In this document: piece by piece, positions 62,109-64,000 of the stretch
How the letters are laid out: every line of letters begins with the position of its first letter
How positions within the stretch are numbered: the stretch's first letter is position 1
Source of the DNA: Convolutriloba macropyga
Lineage: Eukaryota
NCBI RefSeq assembly: GCF_964194025.1
Contig: NC_134474.1
Span: forward strand, 24,428,001-24,492,000
Reading direction: 5' to 3'
Length of the DNA: 64,000 nucleotides
Position numbers and translations under genes: made by a program
The notes under the pieces: model-generated
Database searches by the model: none
What the model was told of the DNA's origin: nothing
The model's input: only the letters and a program-made list of their open reading frames with translations

Positions 62109-64000
62109 TGGAATGCATTTGCACTTTTCTAAGAATTTATTCACACTTCCGGAGATATCATAATCCGTTAATACATGCTGCAAAGATTTTACATCAATTA
62201 ATCTAACTCTAATAATAGTTATCTAGAATCATCAGTTTGAACCGAGTATTGATTCACAGCATCATTTCTTTAAGATTCATTTATATCAGTATTGGTAACA
62301 TGAATCAATTTAACTTCTGTCAGTTTAATTTGGTAAATTAAACCTTCTAATAATACTAAGTTTTTGTCTTTTACTCGAATCAAAATTCTAACACCCCACT
62401 CAGACTTGAGCTGATTGCGTAGAGTCTGTTCCCATCAAAACTGCTCTGAATGTTTCCACTTTCGGAACGGCTAAAGACTTTGTGAAGATGCCCGCTGCCA
62501 TTTTGTCTGTAGGAACGTAATGAATTGAAATAATCCCATCCTCCGTCTTGTCCCGAATGAAGTGAAACTTTGTCTCGGTGTGCTTGTTCCTCTTGTGCAC
62601 GACAAGGTTTTGGCAAAGTCTGATACAACTTTGGTTGTCCTCTCCAATTGCTATTGGATGTTTCTGATGGACGCCAAAATCCTCTAAAAGTTGTTTCACG
62701 TAGAGTGATTCCTGTACTGCTGCTGCCATGCCCTGGTATTCTGCTTCTGATGAAGAAAGAGCAACTGTATCCTGCTTCTTGACACCCCAGCTGAGTGCTG
62801 CGCCACGTCCGTTGAGCTAGAAGTAAAAACCCGTTGTTGATTTTTTGTCGTTCACATCTCCAGACCAGTCTGCATCACTTTCCCCCACTAAATCATAACT
62901 AGACTCTTTTGTGTAAGTAAGTTTTAAACCTTTTGAACCTTGAAGATATCGCAGAAGTCGTTTTCCGCATAGCCAGTGTTGATTGGTAGGTGCGTTCATG
63001 TGCCTGGACAGAATGTTGACTGTGAACATGATGTCTGTTCTCGTCTGTTTGACCAGATGAAGAAGTGATCCAACCAAGCTTCTGTAGATCCTCTGGTCCA
63101 CTTCTTCGTCTCCGTTCTGTGCTGTCTGAAGTTTCAAACTCAAATCAGCTGGAGTTCTTGAGGGTTTGCATTGATCCATTTGAAACCGCTCAAGCATTAT
63201 TTCCATGTAGCGTTCGTGGTCGACTGTGGCTTTGCCCTCTTCTTGTCTGATTCTAAGGCCCCGAAACCAGTGTAGTATCCTTCTCTCTTCCATGTGAAAT
63301 GCTGCCTCTAGTGCCCTCTTGACATCGGAGATCACTGTCATACTTCCTGATGCTACTATGATGTCGTCAACCCAGACCAAGATGAAGGTGTGATCCTCTG
63401 TCTCTGATCTTGCGAACAAGCAGTGATCGTTCCTGCTTCTGGTGAACCCCTGTCTCACTAGAAAGTTTGCCAGCTCTTTGTACCAGTTGTTAGCAGCCTG
63501 TTTCAAACCATAATTTGAATTATTTAGTCAACATACTGACTTCTCCCCATCTGATCCGCGTTTTACAAACTCCTGTGGCTGTTCCAGATACACTTCTTCC
63601 TCGATTGGTGAGTGCAGGAAAGCAGTCTTGACATCAAATTGGTGCATCACATGGCCCTGCTTCGCTGATAGCTGAAGTAGAATCCTGAATGTCTCTGGCT
63701 TACAGGTGGGCGCAAAAGCCTCAAAGTAGTCCAGTCCTTCCACTTCTTTGAAGCCTTTCCCCACATAGCGTGCTTTGTATTTGTCGACTTGATAACTGGG
63801 TCCCAATTTCACTTTGTAGACCCATTTGCCCTGTATGACGTCCCTGTCTGTGGGTGGTCTCACTAGGTCCCAAGTCTTGTTGTCTTGGAGTGCCTTGACC
63901 TCGTCTTTCACTGCCCGGTACCACTGGTCCCATTCGTTAGCTTGCTTGGCTTCGTAGACTGTTTTGGGTTCCACATAGTCCCCCTCAGTCACAGCAAGAT
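62109..64000 (-). mobile_element. Ty1/Copia LTR retrotransposon 3' half (RT-RNase H, PPT, 3' LTR), mutated and running off the window
   Basis: KWVYKVK...YKARYVGKG, QFDVKTAFL, LKQAANNW, WVDD, SDADW, EDNQSCI, KHTETKFHFIR; stop at 62400-62402; PPT GAGTGGGG then TGTTAG at 62393. LTR end tentatively ...ATTCCA at 62109, downstream of AATAAA. Confidence 0.92.

Overview
AT-rich, repeat-dense, intron-containing eukaryotic (animal-like) scaffold with two assembly gaps (48983-49182, 200 N; 60888-61254, 367 N). Host genes are two tandem + strand SLC7/LAT-type (b(0,+)AT-like) amino-acid transporter paralogues and one large minus-strand exon of a 4-coumarate-CoA-ligase/luciferase-like acyl-CoA synthetase. 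Copy A has 3 coding exons (511 aa). Copy B has 4 coding exons (497 aa), an 11-kb transposon-filled first intron, a probable GC-AG intron and an intron that copy A lacks. The rest is mostly mobile DNA: three decayed BEL/Pao elements, a complete but mutated Gypsy element with both LTRs, a Copia 3' half, CR1/L2-type LINE pieces, a CRE-type RLE fragment, a TTAA-flanked MITE and tandem repeats. The most interesting unannotated signal is a non-coding family with Helentron/Helitron2-like architecture: a 5' terminal inverted repeat, a 3' subterminal inverted repeat plus hairpin plus TATG end, co-varying arms, and insertion into a T-run without a TSD. One subfamily carries an internal tRNA-like Pol III A-box/B-box cassette. 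All calls were made by eye, and no database searches were run.
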